A stretch of DNA of 63,969 bases, counting the filler, from Octopus bimaculoides (lineage: Eukaryota), in NCBI RefSeq assembly GCF_001194135.2. It is 6 parts of 6 records of this genome, joined end to end, with 100 filler letters (N's around TTAATTAATTAA, not from the genome) between each part and the next. Parts side by side here need not be neighbours in the genome. Positions count along the whole stretch, not along the records: positions 1 to 31,198 come from NC_068983.1; 5 more parts are not named here. The stretch is one strand, 5' to 3'. Both the position numbers and the translations under genes were made by a program. Position 1 is the first letter of the stretch, and each line of letters opens with the position of its first letter. Below the pieces are notes generated by a model. That model saw only the letters and a list, made by a program, of their open reading frames with translations, was not told the origin of the DNA and ran no database searches. This document shows, one piece after another, positions 1-12,310 of the stretch.

Positions 1-393
1 AACACACCCAACCCCAAAATACTTCCATACATCTCCACCCACAACCCCAAAAACATCGAAGCATACACCACAATCCAACAAAACCTCCCCTTACTCACCA
101 CAGACCCGAAAATGAACAATGTCATCAATACACACAAAGTCCTTAAATGCAAAAGGCAACACAAATCTTTGAAAAAACTCTTAACCAATGCCAAACTACA
201 TACACTATTTCCACCCCCATCAGTTAAAAAATGTGCACGCCCTAATTGTGGTACCTGCCCCTACCTACTTGAAGGCTCTGAATTTACCTTCAAACGAGGA
301 ACAAAGTTTAAAATCAAAACCAATTTCTTTTGTTCCTCTGGAAACCTCATTTATGTCCTCACATGCGCAGGTTACCAACACTTCTATATCGGA
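1..393 (+). mobile_element. Penelope-like retroelement, linker plus N-terminal part of the GIY-YIG endonuclease (runs into gap)
   Basis: ORF 112 reads KKCARPNCGTCPYL...CSSGNLIYVLTCAGYQHFYIG, i.e. the Cys-rich linker and the IY-x-CxxC-YIG motif of Penelope endonucleases. Related to the copy at 55265-56130. Confidence 0.85.
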
Positions 394-1852
394 NNNNNNN
401 NNNNNNNNNNNNNNNNNNNNNNNNNNNNNNNNNNNNNNNNNNNNNNNNNNNNNNNNNNNNNNNNNNNNNNNNNNNNNNNNNNNNNNNNNNNNNNNNNNNN
501 NNNNNNNNNNNNNNNNNNNNNNNNNNNNNNNNNNNNNNNNNNNNNNNNNNNNNNNNNNNNNNNNNNNNNNNNNNNNNNNNNNNNNNNNNNNNNNNNNNNN
601 NNNNNNNNNNNNNNNNNNNNNNNNNNNNNNNNNNNNNNNNNNNNNNNNNNNNNNNNNNNNNNNNNNNNNNNNNNNNNNNNNNNNNNNNNNNNNNNNNNNN
701 NNNNNNNNNNNNNNNNNNNNNNNNNNNNNNNNNNNNNNNNNNNNNNNNNNNNNNNNNNNNNNNNNNNNNNNNNNNNNNNNNNNNNNNNNNNNNNNNNNNN
801 NNNNNNNNNNNNNNNNNNNNNNNNNNNNNNNNNNNNNNNNNNNNNNNNNNNNNNNNNNNNNNNNNNNNNNNNNNNNNNNNNNNNNNNNNNNNNNNNNNNN
901 NNNNNNNNNNNNNNNNNNNNNNNNNNNNNNNNNNNNNNNNNNNNNNNNNNNNNNNNNNNNNNNNNNNNNNNNNNNNNNNNNNNNNNNNNNNNNNNNNNNN
1001 NNNNNNNNNNNNNNNNNNNNNNNNNNNNNNNNNNNNNNTCTTTTTTTTTTCAGTGTTTTAATCCAAAATGGAAATGAATACCAATTTTTCCATGTGATGG
1101 GCTTAAATAGTTGTGATTTTTGTTAACATGGAACCAATGGTAGCCTTAATACACAAAGAATCTTTATCTACCAGTGCAGTATCGAGCACTCATTCTCATT
1201 GTTTGATATTTATGTATAAGTATGTATGTATGTCACTCAGTCATTTCACATGCTAGAAATAGCAGGGTTCATATGGGTATGTTGTAAGGCCTATAGCATA
1301 TCAAAAACAGCTATGTCAACCAATTCATCTCGTTTTTCTTCTTTTTTTCAAATTATGCCCATATATTTTATGTTTTACTTATTTCAGTCATTGGGCTGTG
1401 ACCATGCTGGGGCACCACCTTTTAGTTGAATAAATGGACCTCAGTACCTATATTTTTTAAAGACTGGCACTTATTCCATCATTTACTTTATACTAAACTG
1501 CAAAAGTATGGGGACATAAACTAACACCAGTTGTCAAGCAGTGGTGGCAGACAAACACACATACATACTGTTATACTTGGGGAGTCATATTTTGCCACAG
1601 CTTTATTATTACTATTTTTGTTTCTTTGCCAAAGATCTTTCATCACATATCCTGTTTCCTCTTCAATGACTCTTTATCCCACATATCTCATCTTCTTTTG
1701 CTTTATCCATGAAAGAGCATTGACAAAGAAACAATAACAATAAAGCTGAAGTAAAGACCAAGCATTAAGCAAATATGGCCATCTCCAAGTATAACAATAT
1801 TTATTTCAACACACAATTTCACATCAAGAATCTTGCAAGACAATTACATAAA

Positions 1853-1889
<37 letters not shown>

Positions 1890-2005
1890 TTGTATATTTA
1901 GATCTCTACCAAATATTTGGTAAAAATATTGTATCTGTTATCAACGTAGCAAAATTCTCACATGAAAAGTTGTTTATAAGACAATTTTGTGTGCATATCA
2001 ATTTA

Positions 2006-2341
2006 AATAAGAGTCATAACGCAATCCATAGTAAAAACTTGTTTAATAATCTATGCACATTTCAATGCAATATCCCGACTCACTCTTGTCTGAGATATGA
2101 ATATGGAGTCTTGCATCTCTTCAGGGTCAAGTTACATTAATTCACAGCAGACAGCAAACAACAGACAACATTAATAGTTGTCTGTTGTTTGTTGTCTGCT
2201 GTGAATTAATGTAACTTGACCCTGAAGAGATGCAAGACCCCCATATTCTTATCTCTGACAAGAGTGAGTCGGGATATTGCATTGAAATATGCATAGGTTA
2301 TTAAACAAGTTTTTACTATGGATTGCGTTATGGCTCTTATT
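2006..2341. repeat. Long near-perfect palindrome / foldback element (~164-bp arms, 7-nt loop)
   Basis: 2006-2169 is the reverse complement of 2177-2341 with a few mismatches; centre ACAGACAAC-attaata-GTTGTCTGT. Right arm is cut by a gap. Confidence 0.9.
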
Positions 2342-2351
2342 NNNNNNNNNN

Positions 2352-2391
<40 letters not shown>

Positions 2392-2395
<4 letters not shown>

Positions 2396-3118
2396 AATGT
2401 CACTAAAAGCAACTAGGGTATTAGGAAACACCTATATTGCTAGAAATAAGAACTAAACCACTCTAATGTTGTAGTTAATGCACATGAATGAAAACAGATA
2501 CACTAACTGGGACATTAATTGTCCAAAAAGTGCCAATCGAGAATTCCTGATACTGACATGTCAATTTCAGCAATTTCTGTTGCCTCATCAGTTAAGACAA
2601 CTCGATTTCGGCTCTTCCCGGATTTGCTTCACCATGGACGATTATGGTTTCTGTTAGTGTGTTTTCATGCATGTGTATTAACTACAGCATTAGAGTGGTG
2701 TAGCTCTTATTGCTAGCAATGTAGGTGTTTCCTAATACCCTAGTCACATTTAGTAACATTTATAACTCTCCTTTTTGGTGAAATATTGCAAACTGCTATT
2801 TATATTAATTTTATGTTTACACATTAGTGAATCACTAAATCATCCAATTATTTGGATGACAGAAACATATATACTAATGGCAAAGCGAGTCCAGAAAGAA
2901 TTGAAGTCAAGCTGTCTTAACTGATGAAGCAACAGAAGTTGCCAAAACTGACATGTCAGTATTAGGAATTCTCAGTTGGCACTTTTGGGACAATTGTGCT
3001 TCCTGTTAGTGTGTGTTTTCATTCATGTGCATTAACTACAGCATTAGAGCAGTTTAGCTCTTATTTCTAGCAACATACATGTTTCCTAACACCCTAGTTG
3101 CATTTAGTGACATTTGTA
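2392..3118. mobile_element. Foldback MITE-like element with ~200-bp inverted arms and an extra internal arm copy
   Basis: 2392-2600 is inverted at 2932-3118 (ends TACAAATGTCACTAAA / TTTAGTGACATTTGTA); a second inverted copy of the first ~120 bp lies at ~2650-2765. Confidence 0.75.
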
Positions 3119-3699
3119 ATTCTCCTTTTTAGNNNNNNNNNNATATATATATATATATATATATAATCAGAATTTAACATCCATTTTCCATGCTGGCTGG
3201 ATGCTCTTCCTATCACCAACAACATTATTGAGTGGGCTGAGCACATTTTACGTGGTACCAGCACAAGTGAAGTCTGTTTTTTGGCATGATCTTTACGACT
3301 GGATGCCCTTCTTAATGCCAACCACTTTACAATGTGGATTGGATGCTTTTTATGTGACACCAGCACTGGCAGAGTCACCAAGTGACTTGCAAGACACAGA
3401 TTCTTTGAGAGGAAGAGAACACTGGAGATGGTTTTGTGCCGAGTGATGAGAGAGGGACAGAAACAGGTGTCTTACTGTAGAGGAGATACATCGTTACCCC
3501 AGTTAGAGGAAAAGAGAGATCAATCAAGAATGAGAGAGGCATACTCTCAAGGTACGGGGATGAGAATGCAAATTGGATGTTAGAGCATTGCTCAGGGTAT
3601 ATGAGTAGGGAGTTCACGTGAATGCAAAGAGTGGGGAAGGGGGAAGAATACAGTGACTGGTGAAACCTGGGTATATGGAAAGGGACGTGGGTAGAATAC

Positions 3700-4020
3700 A
3701 CGACACTTCCAGTACTCAGGTGCGTCTTTTCAAGAACCTCATATCGCCAGACATCTCAGTCCATTGTCATCCTCTCTGTGAGGCCCAACATCTTGAGATC
3801 GGTCCTCATTACTTCATCCCATATCTTCCTGGGTCTTCTTCTTTCACGGCTGCCATCTTCTTTAAGCAATCGTACTCGTCTCTCTTCTGGTCGTCTTTAC
3901 TGTATCCATCCATTTGACACTGCATTAACATTTCATCAAAGACTTCCTCTCCAGAACCTCTCTTAATCATCCTCCCTGAATTTTTCTTTCTCCCAATCAT
4001 TTCATTACTACATAGCCCCC
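3700..4020 (-). mobile_element. Degenerate RTE LINE 3' coding end
   Basis: Minus-strand translation gives RPRKIWDEVMRTDLKMLGLTED, matching the C-terminus of the RTE copies elsewhere in the window. Confidence 0.7.
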
Positions 4021-4177
4021 AATCATACATGCCGTTAAAAAAAAAAAGATCACGTCACTTTTCTTTTAAAATTAATACAAAAATAATTACATACTAACAC
4101 GCTCGTTCATTTATAATTATTTATACGTTTTAAATCCTTCATCATTCCGTCAATATTTTATTCTGAATACGTTTATT

Positions 4178-4192
4178 GTTACCCTTAGCAAC
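4178..4192. promoter_or_regulatory. RFX X-box motif (candidate promoter or enhancer of the TTC16-like gene)
   Basis: GTTACC-CTT-AGCAAC fits GTNRCC-N(0-3)-RGYAAC, in a repeat-poor CpG-containing patch 9 bp upstream of ATGGCG (4202). Function untested. Confidence 0.45.
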
Positions 4193-7100
4193 ACAATAAT
4201 CATGGCGTCTTTAAAGTTTCGTTTGTGTCCTATGAATACAATACGATGTAGTTTAAATATCCACTGCTGTTGCTCGTCCTTTTACTGTTTTATGCCCTTT
4301 TACGGAAGCCTCAGACTGAATTATTAACCGCGTGGTGAGACATCACAAACTTTGCTTTCTCTCAGACAGTTTACGTTTCTTAAGGTTTGTTACGGAAAGT
4401 TCCAGGTTCCAATCTGAGTCTGACAATGTAGTAGGAGTTGATGTTGGAATTTATAGAGTAATCTGTGTGTGTGTGTGTGTTTGCGCGCAAAGTGAATTGT
4501 ATGTGCCTTCGTGCTTTGGGTGCTACACAATATTTAGTGAATGTAAACTTTCAAACAGAAGAATAAATTATTTCTCTATATTCATGTCCTTGTCATATGG
4601 GTGACGCTACCTTTTGTGAGTGAGTGTGTGATTGAAGACAATGTGCATAAACAAAACACAATTGACTAAGTTCTACAAGGAAATAATGCAGAGTGCAACG
4701 TTTCTCTTCTTTAAAGTTCTTCTCCAGAGCAGGAATCCGTTTAGAACGTTTGTCCTTATTTTCTTTCACCCTACAATAAATATGTACTTCTTCAATTGTT
4801 GTTTCTAATTGCAAAACTTGCCAACAAAAAATATCAGTTCTAGTGATTATTAATATTTATCGATTACTGAGATCGATTTAATCGACTAGTATTATCTCAT
4901 TAATTTGTGGTCTTGTTCCTATATTAAAAATCAATTTTCAATAAGGGTAGTGGATTGCCAGAATCGTTAAATATTTACTTAAGGCTATTTCTGTTCGGAG
5001 TTCAAATCCCACCGAGAACACCTTTCCTGTTCGTTCTTCCTGTATTGATAAAATAATGAATAAGTTAAAAACTAGTGTCGATGTAACCAACTATATCTTC
5101 ACATACCCACCTTTCTGCGAAACTTAGTACCGGTGTGCAGTTTCAATCACATGCTTAAAATTGTAGAAGAATCTATTGAAATATTACACATATTCCAAAT
5201 AAGGTTTTAAAAAAATGGAACAGCAAGAAACACGAAAATATTTAAAAATGAGAGTAAACTCCTTAACAAATACTTACGTTGGTTGTGATAATATCACACA
5301 TTATCTCAATTCTTGATCGGGCTTTTTATACAGATTCTTGTTGAAAAAATACTCTTCATAAACAGAATGAAAAATTATTACTGTTTACATAGCCCAAAGG
5401 AGACATGCTTGGGGACGAATTGATAAGGCATCTGCCTACCGACTGAGGGTTTAACAATTCATTTAGACATCTGCAGTGTCTTATTCCATTAAACTGGATA
5501 TTACGGGTTACACAATTACCTCTACAACGAGTCCATTTAGCTGTACCTTGGTGTCATACTGAAAGAAAAAAAAAAATTGCAACTAGTAAATACAAAACGA
5601 TTAATAGTCGATCCAATTGAAATAGCACGGAAGACGCTCGAACAATTCGATGGTTTAAATATTTGGAAAGAACAATAACAGAAGCGGGGAAATCCAAGAA
5701 ACACTTAAAATGTTGAATTATAGCAGCTACAGCGAATTTAGTTCGGGGAACTAAAAAGACTACAATAACAAGAGGAAATTACATTTTGTTTTAAGCTCAA
5801 CAGTAATTTCATCTGCACTTTATTGGTGCAACTCCTAAATGTTGGATGCTAAAAACAGGAAATAAGTACTATAAAAAGATGTTTTGTGTTCAATTTCAAG
5901 AACATTAGGCCAATGAGAGCGTTAGGAAAGAAACTAAAATGGTTATGCTCTGTGAAACTCTTTTTGTCAGTTGTGAAAAAGTTAAAAATGAAATAGTTTG
6001 ATCTAACAACACGACACCATGAGAATCTATGTGCAATGGATATGATTTCTCGCGGGGTGAGGAGCAGAGGGAGAAACCTAAAAAAGGAGCAGCGAGACCG
6101 CGAAGTGAGTAGTTAAGCTACATCAAAAAAGCAAACGAACGGAAATGTTTGAAAACATGTAATTGACTGGTGACCAGAAAAGATGAAGAGAGAAGTTGCA
6201 TATATTTCTGTGTACCTACACCATCTCAGTTATGAAATTTCGTAAAGGAATACAGCTTATTACTTTAAAAAACAACGAAAACCTGAATAATTGATTAATT
6301 CAAAATTTGTTTCAATACTTTAGTTTAAAATGTAGTCATGTATTGATTTGGAGACGCTTATGTAGTCTTCACATCGTTTTCTCTTGAACCAAAAGAATGA
6401 CAAAACAAATAGCCTCTTCTAAGAGCTGGTCCTCCCATACTTTAACCATTCTACTACTTCGTCTACTCGAAACAAATTCTTCTTAAATCATGAACTAGTT
6501 ATTTTTTTAGACACACCTTCGCAGTTCCAGCCCTACATAACTACATACAAATATAATACAAAATAAAAAGGCGAAGAGGAGCACGAGCAGTTAGGGAACC
6601 ACTAGATGGTTGTTCAACCTACTTAAGATAACAGCCAAAATTTCCTCAAAACACTTCCTGTCGACTTCTAAAAAGACTCACTGGATAATCGAGTCGCAGG
6701 TGCACAGTACTTGGATACAAACAGAACTGTTACGACTAGGATAACTTTAATATTTCTGCATGATCAGAGCCTACGGTGGAGCTTGAAAGTTGCATCTATC
6801 AAACTCACTGCATTCAACAAGCCACACCAAAGGACACTAAATATAAGTCTAACATAGTACTAACGTCAAAAATGTTGCGAATCAACGGAGGAGCCTTCAC
6901 TTGGAAACAATAAACTTAATTCAATTTAAGCAAATAATATTACAACAATATAACCTGTTGGAAATAACAGCCAAAATCTCCCTCAAATTCTATATTACAA
7001 ACTTTAAAAAGAAAGACACATTAAAAAAATGTAGTCTTGGATGTCAGTCAGTATGATAACAGCTGGAATATCTTTAACTACAGGTTTGCTAAATCAGTGC

Positions 7101-9075
7101 TTAATAAGACAGCAACCATTAGAGCCGGACTGAGTTCCCTTCGCCTATTTCTGCTGCAGCCTCCACCATAATCCTAGAGGATCAGGTTGAGCTAAGTGGT
7201 TGGATTTTCTTACTGCAATATATGCACTCCGTGGTGAAGCACACTGTTTGGCTCCCAATGTTACAGAAGCATGGAGTATCAATATATGAAGTGCTGGATC
7301 TGTGGTACCTGTTTATAGATGCTTTGAATGACGCCCAGTTATTCGACAAACTACCAATATGTTACAGTTAGAGCTTCAGAGGACTTTATTATCCAAGGGA
7401 GATAATTAAAGACTATTAAAAGTTGCTTCCCCTCTTTTAGGAATGTTTTGTTTTTGTTTTTTATTCGGTATTCTAAAAATTCTATACCCATTTTGATTTA
7501 AAATAATAAAAAGATGGTATATTTTTGACACATAATATCTTAACTTATCAACACCATCTTATGTTATTGAACACAACATTGGTGACCCTATCAGTTATAT
7601 ATTATTAACCTGTCCGCTTCTAAAATCAGAAGCAAACTGTAAGACGAATTGGATTAAAAACTGTGTGCATCATCTATTCCCTTTCTTTTCACCAGTATAT
7701 TTTCTTCTTCTCCGAAATGTCCCACGACATTAAAAAAAGGAAAAAAACAGTCTGGAGACTAGACTATTGATAATATTTCCATTATTTCACACAACTGAAT
7801 ATTCATATTTCTGCATTGAACAGAATGTACAAGATTTAACATTTCTCTTTATAGAGTAGTGAGGTTTATAGAGGGTTCTGAAGTTTATAAAATTTATACC
7901 AGTATTATACTGTGTCAAAGTGGATAGATGACAAACAGTGACTGGAGAAAAAATACCCAGGTACACCTAGTACATGAAAAGTTAATTGTAAAGTGTGGGT
8001 TGACATACATGTTGTACTGAGCCCTAAAATTGCAGTTGATTAAAATACACCTTTAGTAAGAAGAGCAATTCATTGTATCAATGATTAATTCTAGTCCAGA
8101 TGGGTATGAATGACAATCCCAGAAACAACTATATTACACCACTTCAACAGATGATTTTTGAATTATAGAAGAGTAGTGGATGTCAAAGATAGATGAAATG
8201 CTTTGTAGCATTCAGTGATGTTTCATTCTGAGATCAAATTCCACCAAGACTAACTGTGCTTTTCATTTTCTGAGGTTTATAAAATAAGTACCAATAACAT
8301 ACCTGGTAGTGAATCTGTTGACTTCCCTCATCACCATGCTTTTATCCCTAATTCATAATTATGAAATCATTATTTGTGTTTATAAATTCTATATAGTCAA
8401 ACACTAGAATGAATATATTTGAATAATGATATGAATCATATTTAATATGAGGGTAAACCACTTTAAATATAGTGTATCTCATACGATTCTCAATAGAACC
8501 AAACATTGTAACTTTGTGCCTGAACTATTCATGCATTTGGCAAATAGCTGTTGCAAGTGCTTTATATTACATGCTTATACATATAAAATGTTATAGATAT
8601 TATAGCAGGTAGAAAGGCTGAGCAAATTTTTCAGTTATTGACTCTGATGTTATCTGAATATCATTTCTGAGGAGCTACATCTATAGGCTGCACATACAGA
8701 TTTTGTTAGATATCTCCATGCCATCTCTGAAAAACAACGACATCAACAAATATATGATGAAGTGGCAGAGTAGCAGACAAAATGCTTTGTAGTATTTGGT
8801 CAAGGTTCAAACCACAGTGGGGTTAATTTTGCCCTTTATCGTTCTGAAATTGATAAAATAAATACAAATCAGAAATTGTAATCAATTTGACTATTCTTTT
8901 AACATTTGTGGCCTTGGGACTAAATAGTCTTTTTTTTTTTTTTTCTTTTATAGCTTTAGTATTTCAGTTGAAAATGAGAAATTGGAATGTATATGTCCTT
9001 TCCTAAAAATTATTTGGTGTTTTTAAGTAAAGTTGGTGTGTTATTCTAAAATCACATTTAATTGCTTTTTTTCAG

Positions 9076-9541
9076 GCAAACTGGTCTAATAAGTAAAATG
9101 AATAACGATATTATTGATTTACTTGAAAGTGTGAAAGTTGCTAAAGCTGAAATAGAAAGAATAGAAAAAGAAAATGTCAATATCAACCAGTTTTTTCCAT
9201 CGATACCTCACAACTTTGAAAAATATTCAACTGGAGAAACAAGTTATTGGCCTGAACTGATGAGCTCAGTGTCTTGTGCAAAATCCAAGAAAGGAAAATG
9301 TTCAGCAAAAACATTCAGCTGTGACATGAATTTGCATAAAAATGCAAATGCTTTATTAATGAATACAACATCTCCAGATAAAAAAGAAGAAAATGAAGAT
9401 GAAAATACAGAAGAACAAAAAGCAGAAGAGATAACAGAGCAGTCATTAAATGACACTGCACTACAGATTGTATCTGAAGATAAAGAGGAATCTGAAGATG
9501 CTCCTGTGTTCACATCTCTGCAAGAAGCTCAAACCCAAAAT
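9076..9541 (+). CDS. TTC16: Putative first coding exon of the TTC16-like gene (acidic low-complexity N-terminus)
   Basis: Acceptor TTTTTTTCAG|G at 9075/76, AAAATG at 9098, open frame MNNDIIDLL...EAQTQN, donor AAT|GTAAAT at 9542 (phase 0, matches the 18434 exon). Linked to TTC16 by splice phase only, no recognised homology. Confidence 0.5.
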
Positions 9542-10029
9542 GTAAATATCATTTAAATGTGTCATACTATGCTATGTCCTAGGAGAAGTAGGTTATACAT
9601 GTGTGTGTGTGTGTGTGTGTGTCAGAGTAGTATAGTTTTCATGGAATTTGTCTGATATCTATAAATGTTTTATTTCTTTTAAAGCTATAACGATGCAAGT
9701 TATAATAATACAGGTCAGTGGTTAGTACTTTTACTTAATATTTCAATATTTCAAGGTTAAGACCCCTTCTTAAGGAAATCTTTGAAGAAAAGATGTTCTA
9801 TAATGTGTGTGTATGGATTGTTTATGTTGCTGTTGTAGTCAATCAGATGTGTGCAGTTTGAATCAGCTGTGTGCAGTTATTAAAATGTGGATTACACTTG
9901 TTGAGTAAAATAAGGTTTTTTTATTCTCAAGTTCTCTGAGTTTTCTTTTTTTTTTTTTTTTTTTTTTTTTTGAGTCCTGGATGTCTTGGGTGTGACATTT
10001 TCTATAGGTGTTTTTTTTTTTTAATGAAA

Positions 10030-10620
10030 GAAGCATAGCAGCCTGGTGGTACTTCTGGTGTAGAATTCATCACATTTACTACATATAATTTTTATACACC
10101 ACATAAGACCACACATATATATCTTCATCTTTGATCAGGCAATTGGGTAATGTACATAAGGTGTGGTTTTGTTTTGGCAGTTTTTAGTCACATCCCCACT
10201 CAGGGATGGTCTGGAATGTACCAGTTGTATATTCAACCACTGCTCCCACCTCCCAACAGACTGCATGGTGGATTGAAGCAGTTGTTTTTTAATTGAAATA
10301 TGGCAGTTTCAAAAATACTTATTATCCATGGATGTGTAGCTTTTGCTAGATGGTCTGGTGATGTCCTATCATTTAATGACAGAGTATGGATAGACATTCT
10401 CCAACTGAACTTTTCAGAATTATATGATTTTGGTGCTTTTGCTTCCTACCTTGGAGCATATACTCTGTATCTTGTGAATCTCATTTCTAATGTAGGCCAT
10501 CTTAGTTCTGATGGGCAAGGATGAATTATAGCATACAGATAGGCCTTTGCATGCTGCTCTTCTGTAAAAGTTAGTGGAGATGGATCCATTTTCTGTGACT
10601 TTGAGTTTAAAATCATGCAG
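10030..10620 (-). mobile_element. Degraded Penelope-like element (RT C-terminus to GIY-YIG)
   Basis: Minus frame LHDFKLKVTENGSISTNFYRR...SSLPIRTKMAYIRNEIHKIQSICS (RT thumb region), then IKIICSKCDEFYTRSTTR (GIY-YIG-like); several stops. Confidence 0.65.
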
Positions 10621-10789
10621 AGATAAAAAAACAAAAAAAAACAGTGTAATTGGGGGGTTTCACTTCAAATTTTATATGTTCATTGATGTTGTAGATGTGT
10701 TTATGAAATATAGATATTAAAATGAACAAGACAAGAAATAAATTGAAAGTAAAAAGAAGGTAAGGAACATGTCTACATTAGTGCATCTT

Positions 10790-10990
10790 CCTCCTCATTC
10801 AAACTCCAATGGTATAATCATAGATCTACATTTAGAAACAAAGAAGAGGCTAATAATATATCTCTTGCTAAATTCATACATTTTCTCATAGATAAAAATA
10901 TTGAATGTAAGACTGATTGATCTATTGTATGTAATATACAACCCTAATAGTAGACTTTGTGTATCAGAAGCATTCCACATTTATAAAATT
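10790..10990 (+). mobile_element. Penelope-like GIY-YIG C-terminal remnant of a different subfamily
   Basis: Reads SFKLQWYNHRSTFRNKEEANNISLAKFIHFLIDKNIECKTD*SI...RLCVSEAFHI, resembling the FK-R-NH-SF...LS-YIW-LK...WSI...LCL-E pattern. Confidence 0.55.
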
Positions 10991-11863
10991 AGTAAAACTA
11001 AATTAATTATGATTTATCAACATGATGAACTAATTATAAGATGCCAACAATTTAAATACAAATCTTTTCTATACTATAAGCATACATAACATTACACTTA
11101 TCATTATAACTATAATTAGTAAACTACAACTCTAGTTTTAATACTCGGTATATATTTAATAACCATATCATTATATCTTAATGAAAATCTTTCATACCTT
11201 GACCTACCACAGTTTAACTTTACTAATTTAATAATTATATTTAAATTTAAACACTCCAATACGTTTTGAAAATTCATATTTTTTAAATGAAATTCTTCTA
11301 TTTGTTGAAGATTACATCTACAGTCTATAAAACACTAAATATTTTTCCGTATCAGTAAACTTATAATTCTATTTTCATAGCACCACTCTCTATATCTGTA
11401 TCTTCTTAATTTTGAATAGTTTTCTTCTTATACCTAGGTATTTACACCTTGAGTAACATATATTGATTATTATCTTTAGTATACTCTTTTACTTGTTTCA
11501 GTAATTTGATTGCAGCCATGCTGGAGCACTGCCTTTAGTCGAGCAAATCGATCCCAGGACTTATTCTCTATAAGCCTAGTACCATGCATGCATGGTTTCA
11601 ATAATGACTAAGTCAAAATGGTTTTTTATATTCTTCCTTCTCACTGGGATTGTTTAAATGTAGTTACAACAGTAATATGTCCTTCTACTGAAATGAAATT
11701 TCAGTAAATTTTCTGTATCTTGGTGCAGCTGAAGATTGCTCTGCATTTTACATTTAATGTAATGCTCGCATTGCTTNNNNNNNNNNTATAAATATATATA
11801 TATACACATATACATATATACATATGTAAATATATATATATATAAATATAGATATATACATAA

Positions 11864-11909
<46 letters not shown>

Positions 11910-11919
11910 ATACATATCC

Positions 11920-12310
11920 TCATCATCATCATTTAACATCCACTTTCCATGCTGGCATGGGTTAGATGGTTTGACTGAGGACTGGTAAGCCAGATGGCTG
12001 CACCAGGCTCCAATCTGATCTAGCAGAGTTTCTACAGCTGGATACCCTTCCTAACGCCAACCACTCCGAGATTGTAGTGGGTGCTTTTACATGCACCTGC
12101 ACGAGGGTAGATCAGGAGGTACTGGCAACAGTCACCCTCAAATGGTGTTCTTTATGTGCTACCTGCACAGTAGCCAGTCCAGCAGCACTGACAACAACCT
12201 TGCTCGAATGTTGTTTTTCACGTGCCACCAGCACAAGTGCCAGTAAGGTGACGCTGATAATGATCACGCTTCAATGGTGCTTTTTATGTGCCACCAGCAT
12301 GGGAGCCAGT
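11920..12310 (-). mobile_element. RTE 3'-tail-only copy ending in (GAT)n
   Basis: Same sequence as the RTE 3' UTR at 26330-26783, with a (CAT)n run on the + strand at its left end. Confidence 0.8.

Noticed and set aside
188-1126. Long ORFs in the track (also at about 27000, 40631, 43069, 51071, 53961)
   Set aside because: They are open only because they run through N gaps.
4593-4814. Minus-strand 73-aa ORF as a neighbouring gene
   Set aside because: Partly CA-repeat derived, weak splice signals, no recognised domain.
7123-7370. ~80-codon open frame (ILEDQVELSGWIFLLQY...)
   Set aside because: No recognisable homology, start context or convincing splice pair.
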